From contig JAZDCZ010000291.1 of the NCBI GenBank assembly GCA_036679605.1, forward strand, positions 1 through 64,000: a DNA stretch of 64,000 nucleotides, given 5' to 3'. This document shows positions 1 through 10,263 of this stretch, one piece after another; position 1 is the first letter of the stretch; every line of letters begins with the position of its first letter. Source of the DNA: Gemmatimonadota bacterium. Its GTDB lineage: Bacteria > Gemmatimonadota > Gemmatimonadetes > Gemmatimonadales > GWC2-71-9. Below the pieces are notes generated by a model. That model had not been told where the DNA came from. It worked only from the letters and a program-made list of their open reading frames with translations, and did not search any database. The position numbers were made by a program, and so were the translations under genes.

Positions 1-1059
1 GTGCACGAAGCCCATGTAGCCTATCTCCGCATTTGCGAGGAAAACCCTTGGGCTTACATGTGGGGTGGCGAATGGGAGCAGCCGCGTGAACGGGTCCGGC
101 AGAAATCCGCGGAGTTGTTGGGGTGCTCGCCGGGAGAAATCGCTCTGACACACAATACTACAGAGGGGTTCAGCGCACTTGCGGGCGGACTGGATCTGCG
201 CTCTGGTGACGAGGTCTTGTTCAGTTCACTCAACCATGACGGTGCGAGTGTCTGTTGGTATCACAATGCAAAGGTAAAGGGGTTTACGGTCAAGCGATTC
301 GATCACCCGATCGACAACATCCCTGGAGTGACGGTCGATGAGGTGCTGGATCTGTACGATCGGAACATTAGCGCGAGAACTCGAGTTCTAGTGCTACCGC
401 ATATCGATAACATGGTCGGGTTGTTTCATCCCATTAAGCAAATTGCCGCACTCGCGCGGAGCAAGGGAGTTGAGATTGTTGCGGTTGACGGCGCGCAGTC
501 CGTTGGGATGCGCGAGGTGAATGTACGTGATCTTGGTGTTGATGTTTATTGCGGCAGTCCGCACAAGTGGATTCAGGCCCCTAAGGGATTGGGGATGATG
601 TACATCCACGAGGCAGTGCAGGACAGAGTTCGGCCAATGTGGGTCACGTGGGGCCAGGAGCGTTGGAAGGATTCGGTTAGGGTGTTTGAAGACTACGGCA
701 CTCGTAATTTGCCCGCGCTGCTAGCCTTGGGCGACGCGATAGACTTTCAGTTCGCATTAGGGACAGCAGTGAAAGAAGATCGATACAGAGAATTATGGGG
801 AGCATTCCGGGCCGGGGCACAGAGGTCGGGAAATGTTGTTTGGCGATCTCCCAACTCGTGGGACCTCTCGTCTTCTCTCTTTGCGCTGGAGATCAAGGGC
901 AAAGAGAGCCCAGATGTCTTCAATAAGATGTACCGTGATCACGGATTCGTGTTTCGGGCGTTCAAGACGAGCGAACTCAACACCGTACGCATATCGCCCA
1001 ACGTCTCTACGACCGACGACCAGATTAACCAATTTTTTGAGGTGATTGCAGCGCTCTAG
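1..1059 (+). CDS. Aminotransferase class V (PLP-dependent, cysteine desulfurase/isopenicillin N epimerase-like), probably 5'-truncated by the window edge
   Basis: Motifs THNTTEG, VDGAQSVG and SPHKW (PLP lysine); the ORF is open at position 1. Confidence 0.85.
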   Translation: MHEAHVAYLRICEENPWAYMWGGEWEQPRERVRQKSAELLGCSPGEIALTHNTTEGFSALAGGLDLRSGDEVLFSSLNHDGASVCWYHNAKVKGFTVKRFDHPIDNIPGVTVDEVLDLYDRNISARTRVLVLPHIDNMVGLFHPIKQIAALARSKGVEIVAVDGAQSVGMREVNVRDLGVDVYCGSPHKWIQAPKGLGMMYIHEAVQDRVRPMWVTWGQERWKDSVRVFEDYGTRNLPALLALGDAIDFQFALGTAVKEDRYRELWGAFRAGAQRSGNVVWRSPNSWDLSSSLFALEIKGKESPDVFNKMYRDHGFVFRAFKTSELNTVRISPNVSTTDDQINQFFEVIAAL

Positions 1060-1295
1060 CGCCTCTTGCCCCTACGGCTAGCCTTGAGGATGCGCGGTTC
1101 TGGTCCTGTGGTGCACCAGGGTTCTGCTGGCCGGACTGGCGGCGGGTCTTTCGGGAGATCCGGAAAGCAAGGCGGCTTCGAGGGACGCTTACGGTTCCCA
1201 GCCTTAAGAATCTGCCCACCTATGATATCCTTGAGTCGTAGCATAGCGCTTAATACTACTTTTTTTCGCCTTTCTCCACAAGATCGCGACCTCTA

Positions 1296-2387
1296 TCACC
1301 CCCTGATGACTTGTTCCTCGAGTTTCGACCGTGCTTCGGCGTCCGCCATGATTACCAGGGTCATGCCTGGCTCCAAGGCCAAATCGGCAGGAGGTTTGAA
1401 CTCGTAGGCGCCGTTCTTCGGGTGCCTGACGGCCAGGAGCAGAGCCCCTGGAAGAGCATCTATCTTCAATGCCTCTAGCGGTTTACCGATCGACTCTGCT
1501 TCCCGGGGAACTGTGATCTCCTCTACTCGGAGGCTGCTCCGATCCCGTAGCATTTGGTCGAGAAAGGATACGACGCGCGGCCGGATGAGTTCGGACGCCA
1601 TTCGCATGCCGCCGGTGCGGTTCGGGCAAACGACAGCGTCTGCGCCGGCGGCGCGGAGCTTGACATCCGTATCAGCTCGGGCAGTTGCAGCGACGATACG
1701 GGTGGTAGGTGCAAGTCGGCGCGCGGTCAGAACGATGAGCAGGTTGTCCTTGTCGCTCTCCATACATGCGACGACGCCTGCTCCCCTGGAGAGCCCGGCA
1801 CTCAATAAGACCGAGTCATCACTGGGATCTCCGACTATCCGAGGAACTCCTTCCAATGCGTCGTCGTATGATGATAGAGAATCTTCCTCTGGAATCACCA
1901 ATACCACCCTACGGTTGGTGTTGGTCAGTTCTTCGGCTACGTAGGAGGTAGCTGCGGTATCTCCGCAAACGATGAAGTGACCCTCGAGTTGCGCTATCGT
2001 TTTTTGCATGCGACGTCTCGCGAAGGGGTGGAACAACTGTCCTTCGATGATAAAAGCGGCCGTCAGTGGAACAGAGTAGGCTACGATGCCCATACCCCCT
2101 ACCAACAACATGATAGTAAAGACTCGGCCCGCTGGATGATTTGTCATGTCGACAATCTCACCGAATCCAACGGTGGTGAGAGTGATGATGGTCATATAAA
2201 CAGCATCTATTATGGTCGTGTCCTGTCCGCCGATCACAGAAAAACCAACAATCCCCACTAGCGTCACGGCCACAAGAGATGTAAACGCAATAGCCAGGCG
2301 TCTGCGGAGCCTGTAATACTCGGCTAGGCCTTCAGAACTTGAGTTTGGCGAGATCTTTGGGATTAGTGGGTTTCTCATGACCCTCAA
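1296..2387 (-). CDS. Potassium channel protein (2TM pore + TrkA-N/RCK + TrkA-C)
   Basis: Pore signature TLTTVGFGE between two TM helices, then an RCK-like domain (FIVCG...GDPSDD...DKDN). The start may be ATG 2378. Confidence 0.9.
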   Translation of the reverse strand: MRVMRNPLIPKISPNSSSEGLAEYYRLRRRLAIAFTSLVAVTLVGIVGFSVIGGQDTTIIDAVYMTIITLTTVGFGEIVDMTNHPAGRVFTIMLLVGGMGIVAYSVPLTAAFIIEGQLFHPFARRRMQKTIAQLEGHFIVCGDTAATSYVAEELTNTNRRVVLVIPEEDSLSSYDDALEGVPRIVGDPSDDSVLLSAGLSRGAGVVACMESDKDNLLIVLTARRLAPTTRIVAATARADTDVKLRAAGADAVVCPNRTGGMRMASELIRPRVVSFLDQMLRDRSSLRVEEITVPREAESIGKPLEALKIDALPGALLLAVRHPKNGAYEFKPPADLALEPGMTLVIMADAEARSKLEEQVIRG

Positions 2388-2424
2388 ATTGACGTCTCAC
2401 GGAACGGAGGCGCAAGGCTGAGGT

Positions 2425-3291
2425 CTAAAGCGCCCCTTTTCGGAGCGCCGCCGTGATAAGTGAATCCAGGCTGCGGTATCTTCTGCCGGCCTCTCGGGAG
2501 ATGTTTGCGCTGTCTCCTTGGAACGTGACGTCTACGGAGGCCTCGAGGGTGCTGCAAGCCTGCTGATTGCTTAGGAGCGGAGCGCCTCCGAACTTTGTGT
2601 CACCCTCGCGTGAAACATCGGTCGCAGGTTTCTGAAGCGTGGGTGCCTGAACCGAGGCGAGGAAGGAGGCTACAGCGGCCGGCCAATCACCGCGCTTCCA
2701 CGCGACATAGCCCTTGAAGAATTGGGCCTCGAAGCTTGCGGAGTTTGCGTCGACCACAGTGCTGAAGAAATAAAGTGCGCTATCCAGATCGTTTCTCAGG
2801 AGAGCAACCTGGCCCAGTTTGATGAGAGGACCGGTTTCGGCCTTGTTGATTTCGTGGGCCCGCGAGAACTCAGCACCGGCACGGTCGATATCCAGCAAGC
2901 CATGGTCGAGACACAGGAACAGATCGCCGAGCCGAGAGTGCGCACGGACACTGTTTGGGTTTATCTCGACCAATCTGTGCCAAACGCTGTCTGCGCCGCC
3001 AAACCTTCCCAGGGCGAAATACATGTTGCCTATGTAGTACAGGCTGTTTGCGTGTTTAGGGTCAACCTCCAACGTCAGTTCGTATTCTCGTGCCGCCAAC
3101 TCGGGCTTCCCTTCAGTCCGGTATCCCGTTGCGCGTCGGTACAGATCCCAGAATCGCTCCACTTTCTGTCGCCGCTCGCTATCGTCTCCAATTGCACTGG
3201 TGGTACGGTCGGTGCCCCGGTTCTTGACGAGGCCGATACCAGCGAATAGCAGGGCGACGACGCTCACGAAGATGAGCAGCGAGCGCTTCAT
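2425..3291 (-). CDS. Exported or membrane-anchored TPR-repeat protein
   Basis: N-terminal hydrophobic segment and repeated TPR-like helix pairs. Confidence 0.75.
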   Translation of the reverse strand: MKRSLLIFVSVVALLFAGIGLVKNRGTDRTTSAIGDDSERRQKVERFWDLYRRATGYRTEGKPELAAREYELTLEVDPKHANSLYYIGNMYFALGRFGGADSVWHRLVEINPNSVRAHSRLGDLFLCLDHGLLDIDRAGAEFSRAHEINKAETGPLIKLGQVALLRNDLDSALYFFSTVVDANSASFEAQFFKGYVAWKRGDWPAAVASFLASVQAPTLQKPATDVSREGDTKFGGAPLLSNQQACSTLEASVDVTFQGDSANISREAGRRYRSLDSLITAALRKGAL

Positions 3292-3315
3292 GCGTGCGCG
3301 GGCCTCTTGCCAAAC

Positions 3316-5079
3316 TCAGTTTGAGCCGGCATCCTCAGTTATTTGAAGTATTTGATTGGCTTTGACTGCCGTCATTACCTGACGGGTTCCGCTGGGCCAG
3401 CGGATTTCCAGAGAGTCTGCCACGCTGTGCGTACCCATGCCAAAGTGGGCGGTGAGGCTGTTCTGTGAAAGATAGGAACTCTGGGCGCCGATCTCACGGA
3501 CCTTCACTTCGCTCCCTGCTACCAGGCGAATGTGTGCTCCTATGGCGCTGCGATTGCTCGTGCGGCCCACGAGTCTCACTTCGAGCCAGTGGTTGTTCAC
3601 GATGAAGGCGTCGATGTCGCCGTCGTTGTCGTAGTCTCCAAATGCAGCTCCCCGGCCTACCAATTTCGTTCCGAAGTACTCACCGCTGAGGAGGGATACA
3701 TCGAAGAACCCGTCTTCGTTGCTGCGATTCCAAAACAATTGGTCTTCCATGGGAACGAGTGAAGTCGGGTCGTCGGATTGCTGGAAGGTGCTTCCGTTTA
3801 CGACAAAGAGGTCGAGTCGGCCGTCGTTGTCGTAGTCGATGAACGACGTACCCCAGCCTACGTAGTCCAAGGCGATTTGCCCCAACCCGAAACGGTCGGC
3901 CTGATCGCTGAAGTGTATTGGATTGTCAGGTGGATTTTCGACTGCCATGAACTCGGTAAGCAGGTTGTTGTATAAGGCGTTTTCCTGTGCGATCCAATGC
4001 GTAACGAAGATGTCTTGATCGGTATCACCGTCCCAGTCTCCGACAGCCAATCCCATTGCACCACGGTAGTCGGCTACCCATGCCTCATTGCTTATCTCGT
4101 CAAAAGTGCCGTCACCGCGATTTCGAAAGAGTACGTTGTCCGAAACATCATTTGCTACGTAGAGATCGGGCCACCCGTCGCTATCGAAGTCGCTCCAGAC
4201 TGCTGCGAGGCTTCGTCCCGCCTTGCCCGACACGCCTGCCACTTCGGAGACCTCGCTGAAGGAACCGTCTCCGTTGTTGCGGTATAGAAGATTGCGAGCT
4301 GGTTCAAACGAAGACGGATTGATGCTCGTCGGGACATCAACATCGTACTGCAACGCAGTGGTGGCACGGTCATGCTTCTCGTATTGGACATAGGCGGAGA
4401 CATATAGGTCGATGAATCCATCTCGATTGAAATCTCCCCACGATGCGCCCGTCCAAAAACCATGCTGTACCTCCATGCCCGCAGCCACAGTACGGTCGGT
4501 GAATGTTCCATCACCGTTGTTGTGAAATAATACATTGTGCCCGAATGACGTCATGAACAGATCCAACCAGCCGTCATTGTCGTAGTCCGCCCAAGCAACT
4601 GCCATCCCGATGGTACGATGGTCGATCCCCGCTGCACCGGTCACGTCACTGAACGTCCCGTCCCCGTTGTTGTGGTATAGGACCGATCGTGCCGGAGACT
4701 CCGCCCTGGTTTCGTCTGACATTTCAAGCGATCCGATCTCGTTGACCACGAAGAGATCGATCCATCCGTCGTTGTCGTAGTCTCCCCATGCTGCACCTGA
4801 GCCCATATCCTCCGGTAGCTGAGTGGACCTCTTGCCCCAGAAATGTCGGAAAGTTATTCCTGCGCTTTGTGTCGCATCGCTGAAGGTCACGCGGGGGTAG
4901 TCGGAGGGAAGATCACGCGCCAAATCGGCCGTCAGGCCCTCTAGGTCTTCGCCTGGCTTGTATTCGTCTTCGGGGGCCAGAGCCAACGAGACCAGCGCGG
5001 CAGCCGCCACAAGAAATACGACGGCCACTGTGGTCGTGATCGCAATTCGCCGTTTCCTACTCGTGAGTGAATGGAACAT
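3316..5079 (-). CDS. CRTAC1-family protein (FG-GAP/VCBS repeats + ASPIC/UnbV domain)
   Basis: Repeated WGDYDNDGWxDL motifs; C-terminal AIGA...SYLSQ...HFG...IRWPSG. Confidence 0.9.
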   Translation of the reverse strand: MFHSLTSRKRRIAITTTVAVVFLVAAAALVSLALAPEDEYKPGEDLEGLTADLARDLPSDYPRVTFSDATQSAGITFRHFWGKRSTQLPEDMGSGAAWGDYDNDGWIDLFVVNEIGSLEMSDETRAESPARSVLYHNNGDGTFSDVTGAAGIDHRTIGMAVAWADYDNDGWLDLFMTSFGHNVLFHNNGDGTFTDRTVAAGMEVQHGFWTGASWGDFNRDGFIDLYVSAYVQYEKHDRATTALQYDVDVPTSINPSSFEPARNLLYRNNGDGSFSEVSEVAGVSGKAGRSLAAVWSDFDSDGWPDLYVANDVSDNVLFRNRGDGTFDEISNEAWVADYRGAMGLAVGDWDGDTDQDIFVTHWIAQENALYNNLLTEFMAVENPPDNPIHFSDQADRFGLGQIALDYVGWGTSFIDYDNDGRLDLFVVNGSTFQQSDDPTSLVPMEDQLFWNRSNEDGFFDVSLLSGEYFGTKLVGRGAAFGDYDNDGDIDAFIVNNHWLEVRLVGRTSNRSAIGAHIRLVAGSEVKVREIGAQSSYLSQNSLTAHFGMGTHSVADSLEIRWPSGTRQVMTAVKANQILQITEDAGSN

Positions 5080-5084
5080 CTAAG

Positions 5085-7103
5085 TCAGTTTGACCCAGCG
5101 AATGAAACATCGATTCGCGCAGACGCCTCTGATATCGTCGTGATTGGAGCAGTTATTCCAGCGTCTTTCCCAAAGAGAAAATTGAGAAAGAACTGATCGG
5201 CCTTGCGATAGTGCAGTTTGGCCGTTACGCGCAGTTCGGTAATACCTCGATCGGGCACTTCAAAGCTGTAAGCGGCCTTGTCGGAAAATCCCGGAAATAG
5301 AGCACGGCGATAACGCACACCTACCATCTCCCAGAGGTTGTGGCGGTCGATCAACTTTCCATATTGATCTACCGCTTCCACCTTGAACATGAATGCCCCC
5401 GGCGCGACAAAATGCTCATCGTCCCGGAGCCCGGAGCTGTATATCATGTTGCCGTCCTGATCTTCTACCGTGAGTTCTATCCAAGCTTGAATAATGTCCA
5501 ACGGCCCAGTGGGGAAATCGTGACCCGGCTTGTTGCTCGCAACTACTGCTTGTAGATCAACTGTTTGACCTGGAGCCACCTGCGAGGGCACAACCAGTTC
5601 CATGGGCACGGCCGGGCCGCTCCGCCATTTGTCTGCGATTTCGGGAATCTCAACCTCACCGCGCAGCCACTGTTCGGTGAGTTCTACGTGTTCCTTGGCG
5701 CCTGGAAGATCGAGTACCAGAGGCACAAATTGATTGGCACCTAGAAACCTATGATTACGATGCTTACCGTCGTCCGGTGATCTATTGTAGTCTGCCGCAT
5801 CGCCGCTGGCGGGATCGTTGGAGTCGGTCAGAGGCATATGGCACTCGCGGCACTCCACGGTCTTTGTGGGGTCGCCAGGATGGTTCCACCGGCTTTTCCG
5901 CCAATTGTCATACTGATTCTGTAGCTGCACCCACCCTACTTGATTCACCTCTTGGTCGATGAACTGCTTGTGGCAGGCGGCGCAAAATTCGGGGCTCTTG
6001 AACAACCGGTGTTCGAGACTCTCAATGTGATGCCTGGGATAAGACCTGATGAGAAAATCGGCAACAAATTGGGCGGCTTTCCCGTCGCGCAGTTCGAACA
6101 TATATCGCTCGGGCTGTGTGATCACGAATGCGGCGTTGCCTTTGACGTCGGTTTCCTTGATGGCATGGCAAACGATGCAGGATACTCCCTCCTGATAACC
6201 AATTTGATTGGTCAAATCATCTGTGAGGACGTTCTTGGCACCCGAGAATAGGGATATGGGATCATGGCAACCACCGCAGTACCGCGTCGATTCAGGTCCG
6301 TTCTGCTTAGCCATGACCTCTTGGACCGCTGCGAATGCAGGATCCATCGCGGACCAACGGTGGGCGCTGATTTCCCATTCACGTCCGATCTGCTCGTGGC
6401 AACCGGACTTGGCGCATGTTTCCGAGCCGCCAAGTGACCGTGCGTCGAAGGCCGTGCCGGTGCTCGTAGTGGCCAGGCTTGGAGCAAAGGGCCGGTCCGG
6501 TCCGAAAGATTGGACATAGTCGGGCGGAAATTCATTGGTGAGTTCGATGGGCTCGTAGGCGTACATGGCGAGCGCGAGTACTGCAAACAGAGGGACCACC
6601 AGCGCTGCTGTTCCGAAAGCGAAGCGTTTTTCTGCTAGCCGGACGTTGATGGCCTCAGGTTGCCGGCCCTTGAGGTTACGAAATACGAGGATCAGGACAT
6701 GTGGCGCCGCAGACGCTATTACGGCGAATGTGGCAACGATATGTACCAGGTCCGACCCGTAACTGATTCTCGATTGGAACAGGGCCTGAAAGGTCACTGC
6801 GATTCCGGATACAGTGGCGACGGACGTAGACACCATCGCAAACATTCCGGTGAGCTTGTAATGGTTCAGTTTCGTTCCCTTGTACACTGACCAGTGGCGA
6901 ATCTGGTACCACATGAAGGGCACGACGAAGACGAGTCCGGCGACTGTGTGCAACAGGACCAAGATTTGGTTGGGCACGCTGAAGGGCAGTAGGTATATGG
7001 AGAGTCCGGTAGCGGTCTCGAATACCAACAGTCCGGCCACGCAAGCGAGCAGCTTGCGTTGCCACTCATTGGCCTTGGAAACGGTTGACCCTGAAACTGT
7101 CAT
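5085..7103 (-). CDS. Membrane-anchored multiheme c-type cytochrome (c554/c552-like) with a His-containing multi-TM N-terminus
   Basis: CGGCH, CIVCH, CAACH and CRECH, plus the atypical CAKSGCH; about 5 N-terminal TM segments; GHDFPTG motif. Confidence 0.85.
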   Translation of the reverse strand: MTVSGSTVSKANEWQRKLLACVAGLLVFETATGLSIYLLPFSVPNQILVLLHTVAGLVFVVPFMWYQIRHWSVYKGTKLNHYKLTGMFAMVSTSVATVSGIAVTFQALFQSRISYGSDLVHIVATFAVIASAAPHVLILVFRNLKGRQPEAINVRLAEKRFAFGTAALVVPLFAVLALAMYAYEPIELTNEFPPDYVQSFGPDRPFAPSLATTSTGTAFDARSLGGSETCAKSGCHEQIGREWEISAHRWSAMDPAFAAVQEVMAKQNGPESTRYCGGCHDPISLFSGAKNVLTDDLTNQIGYQEGVSCIVCHAIKETDVKGNAAFVITQPERYMFELRDGKAAQFVADFLIRSYPRHHIESLEHRLFKSPEFCAACHKQFIDQEVNQVGWVQLQNQYDNWRKSRWNHPGDPTKTVECRECHMPLTDSNDPASGDAADYNRSPDDGKHRNHRFLGANQFVPLVLDLPGAKEHVELTEQWLRGEVEIPEIADKWRSGPAVPMELVVPSQVAPGQTVDLQAVVASNKPGHDFPTGPLDIIQAWIELTVEDQDGNMIYSSGLRDDEHFVAPGAFMFKVEAVDQYGKLIDRHNLWEMVGVRYRRALFPGFSDKAAYSFEVPDRGITELRVTAKLHYRKADQFFLNFLFGKDAGITAPITTISEASARIDVSFAGSN

Positions 7104-7413
7104 TGCGCTACTCCTCGTGATCTAGATGTGACGTACCCGGTGCGCCACAGAAACGACTGTTAGGATGACTGTATGGTCGGGGGGCGGTGCATCCGAAACC
7201 GCCATGGCAGCCAAAAACCGCAGTGACGGCCGATCACACCTCATGTAGCTTGATCAGGCGATCGTGAAGGCGGCATGAACTTTATATGAATTTCTTGGGG
7301 ATTCGGGCCGAAAGAGGCCCAGATAGGGTCGACCGCGCCATACCTATCGCGCCTTGCGCCCACGGCCGGTATCCAGTGATATTCTTCCCCGCCACCTCTT
7401 ATGCGGCGGCTGC

Positions 7414-7486
7414 GGCGGTATCGTCTAGGGGACCAGGACGTAGCCCTCTCAAGGCTAAAACACGGGTTCGAATCCCGTTACCGCTA
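7414..7486 (+). tRNA. tRNA-Glu(CTC)
   Basis: Acceptor GGCGGTA/TACCGCT; anticodon arm TAGCC-CTCTCAA-GGCTA; T arm ACGGG-TTCGAAT-CCCGT. Confidence 0.95.
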
Positions 7487-7522
7487 CTGCATCCTTCGCC
7501 GCATAGTGGATCTCGTGTATTG

Positions 7523-7594
7523 GCCCCCATCGTCTAGCGGTCAGGACACCACTCTTTCAAGGTGGTGACAGGGGTTCAACTCCCCTTGGGGGCA
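7523..7594 (+). tRNA. tRNA-Glu(TTC)
   Basis: Acceptor GCCCCCA/TGGGGGC; anticodon arm CCACT-CTTTCAA-GGTGG; T arm AGGGG-TTCAACT-CCCCT. Confidence 0.95.
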
Positions 7595-7598
7595 CTCT

Positions 7599-10088
7599 CT
7601 AGGCCGTCTCGGAAACTGATCTCCGGGCGGCCGCGGCAAGTTCGAGGGCTTCTCTCACGCCGCTGCTAGACTGGCAAAGGGCTTCTACGTCGGGTTTCGA
7701 TAGTTCAAACAGGTGGCAGTCGGTGGCGGCATTGACCGTGGCGCTCCTGGGTTCATCGCTTAACAGAGCCATCTCCCCGAAGAAGTCACCGGCGTGGAGC
7801 GCGGCTACTCGCTCGGCGGGCTGATTGTTCTGGCGGATCAATACAGCTACGACGCCACGCGCGATGAGAAACAGAGAAGTCCCCCGTTCACCCTGGCGGA
7901 TAACAGTATCGCCCGCCAACACCGTACGTGATACCAACTGGGCTGCCACCCTCTGCAGGTCTTCAGCCCCGAGTTCCTGGAACATGGGGACGCGTCTCAG
8001 CAGATCCTCGGGGGACGACTCCAGGGCGGCAAGTGGTTGCCGTGCCAGCTCACGCTGTGCTTGTTGGACTCCTGATCTGGCGGCATTCGCCACGCTTTCG
8101 GGTATGCCTCCCACGGCGGCCAAACCTTGGATCGCGTCGGCCTCGGCATCCAGCACGATGCGGCGAACTGTTTGCGTCTGCACTGCTTGGACATATTCAG
8201 GGAAGTGCTCTGCGATGGAGTCGAGTTGCTCCATGGTTGTTGTCGCCCGGTTCTCGAAGGCCGCTCGGCATTCGGCCTCCACTTGGGGCTCAGCTCCGCT
8301 CAATTCACTCAGATGCTCGATCTGGGAGAGGACTTGCTCGCTGGCGGCGAGAATGGCCGCGTGATGCTCATACTTTGCTGCCAGAGCACGTCGCCTGTGG
8401 CGTTCTACGAAGCGTGATTGGGGGACCGCCCATCCAACCGCCCCCACCATCCACCCTTCTAGCCTAACCTCAATGGGTGTGGCGGCGGGTACGCTGGTAG
8501 GCAAATGACCCCGCTTCAAATTGTCTCTCTGAAGGTCGACCGACAGTTCCAGCTCACGTAGCACCGGTTCGGAGATCACACCGCGGTCGAAGAGATCACG
8601 ATACGTCGTGCGTTCAACCGTGAGTGCCTCTGACCAGAGTACGTGTAGCATGGCACTCGGCGTTGCTTCGCATTCCTGATGGAGCCGGGCCAGTTCGCTT
8701 CTGGCGTCCTTGATCTGGGTGTCGTACTCCCCCCGTAACTGTCCCAAGATATGAGCCGAGTAATGTCCTGCAGAAGCGAGGTCCTCGACGCGACCACGAG
8801 CCTCTCGTTTTGCCGCCAGCCAGGCTTGGGCTCGAGCAACTCGCGCCACTAAGCTGGGTTGGTTGAGACCTAGAGCACGGATGAGCGGTCCCGTGGTGAG
8901 GCCGCCTGCCACCAACGTGAAGAGCACGACGCCGAGTGTGAGTGTCACAATGAGGTCGCGGCCTGCAAAATCGGCCGGCAAGCTCATCGCCAATGCCAGT
9001 GCCACGGCACCCTTCAGGCCGCCCCAGAAGAGGACCGTCTGGAATCTCCACCCAATGGGTTCGCTTCTGGGTAGTCGGCCGATAGCCGGCACCAAACCAT
9101 AAATGGTGATGGCTCGTGCAACGAGAACCACCAGAATGGTGGTGGCTATGGGAAGGAGATACTGCCGGATTAGATCGAGACTCACACTCATGCCCACGAG
9201 CAGGAAAATGAGACCATTGGCGACAAACGCAGCGTACTCCCAGAATCTGTGGAGGTATGCCTTGGTCTCTGGAGTGAACCGTGTAGACCCGTAGGTGCTG
9301 ACAATGAGGCCGGCGCCGAGGGTCGCCATCACTCCCGAGACGTGTAGGTAGTGATCTGCAACCAGAAACGCGGCGTACGCCACCACCGTCGAGAGGGTCA
9401 CCTCCACCAACGGGTCGTTGTCGGCGAATCTCAACGAGGCAATCATCAAGTATCCAATAACTCCTCCAACAACGATTCCGCCTGCAAACACCACCATGAA
9501 ATCGGCCGCGCCACGGCTAACCGTTGCTAACCCGAAGGTGCCGACGGCGACAACTGTCAGCAGGATGTGAAACAGCACGATCGCAGTCGCGTCATTGAGC
9601 AGACTCTCACCCTCCACAAGGATCGCGAGGCGCTTCGGCGCCCCAACCTCTTTGAAGAGCGCTACCACTGCGACGGGATCTGTGGCTGCGATCAGTGCTC
9701 CGAACAGGAGGGCCGATCCCAACTGGAGTGGCGTGAGGAAGAACACCAGAGTTCCTGTTATGGCTGTCGCTAGCAACAATCCCGGCACGGCTAGTGCGAG
9801 TACTGGAGCGATGTTTTGTGACAGCAAGCGCCCGTCGAGGTTGTAGGCGGATTCAAAGATCAAAGTTGGAAGGAATACGAAGAGAATCAGCTCGGGAGAA
9901 AGCGAAATACCACTCAGTGGCTCCAGTGCCTCTACTTTTCCTGTGAGGAACCCCAGCGTCATTCCAACTATTACGAGACCGACGGTGAACGGCAGGTTCA
10001 ATCGCCGAAACCCCATTGCGGCCATTGCAGTGACGAGCAACAGGCCAACAATGGCAACGACGAGTGCTATGACAGGTTCTTCAGGCAT
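7599..10088 (-). CDS. CPA1 (NhaP-type) Na+/H+ antiporter with a C-terminal cyclic-nucleotide-binding domain
   Basis: ATDPVAV and EGESLLND motifs, about 12 TMs; C-terminal GDFFGEMALL...PRSATV. Confidence 0.9.
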   Translation of the reverse strand: MPEEPVIALVVAIVGLLLVTAMAAMGFRRLNLPFTVGLVIVGMTLGFLTGKVEALEPLSGISLSPELILFVFLPTLIFESAYNLDGRLLSQNIAPVLALAVPGLLLATAITGTLVFFLTPLQLGSALLFGALIAATDPVAVVALFKEVGAPKRLAILVEGESLLNDATAIVLFHILLTVVAVGTFGLATVSRGAADFMVVFAGGIVVGGVIGYLMIASLRFADNDPLVEVTLSTVVAYAAFLVADHYLHVSGVMATLGAGLIVSTYGSTRFTPETKAYLHRFWEYAAFVANGLIFLLVGMSVSLDLIRQYLLPIATTILVVLVARAITIYGLVPAIGRLPRSEPIGWRFQTVLFWGGLKGAVALALAMSLPADFAGRDLIVTLTLGVVLFTLVAGGLTTGPLIRALGLNQPSLVARVARAQAWLAAKREARGRVEDLASAGHYSAHILGQLRGEYDTQIKDARSELARLHQECEATPSAMLHVLWSEALTVERTTYRDLFDRGVISEPVLRELELSVDLQRDNLKRGHLPTSVPAATPIEVRLEGWMVGAVGWAVPQSRFVERHRRRALAAKYEHHAAILAASEQVLSQIEHLSELSGAEPQVEAECRAAFENRATTTMEQLDSIAEHFPEYVQAVQTQTVRRIVLDAEADAIQGLAAVGGIPESVANAARSGVQQAQRELARQPLAALESSPEDLLRRVPMFQELGAEDLQRVAAQLVSRTVLAGDTVIRQGERGTSLFLIARGVVAVLIRQNNQPAERVAALHAGDFFGEMALLSDEPRSATVNAATDCHLFELSKPDVEALCQSSSGVREALELAAAARRSVSETA

Positions 10089-10263
10089 CGAAATAGATCG
10101 TTAGGGCTAGTGTGATCGGGCGAATATATGACAGATAGGCTAGACCGGATAGATCCACCAATGTTCTGACAAGAACGGATCGCCTATCTGGGCAAAATCT
10201 CGCGTTCGCGTGTAGTTTGACCGGGTAAAGCCGGGCGGACTTAGACGCAGGAGAAAATTAGAC

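Noticed and set aside
1160..1200. SRP RNA or group II intron domain V resemblance
   Set aside because: Only partial similarity; the conserved cores do not match.
7122..7244. 40-codon minus-strand ORF upstream of the cytochrome
   Set aside because: No clear SD or motif; not supportable.
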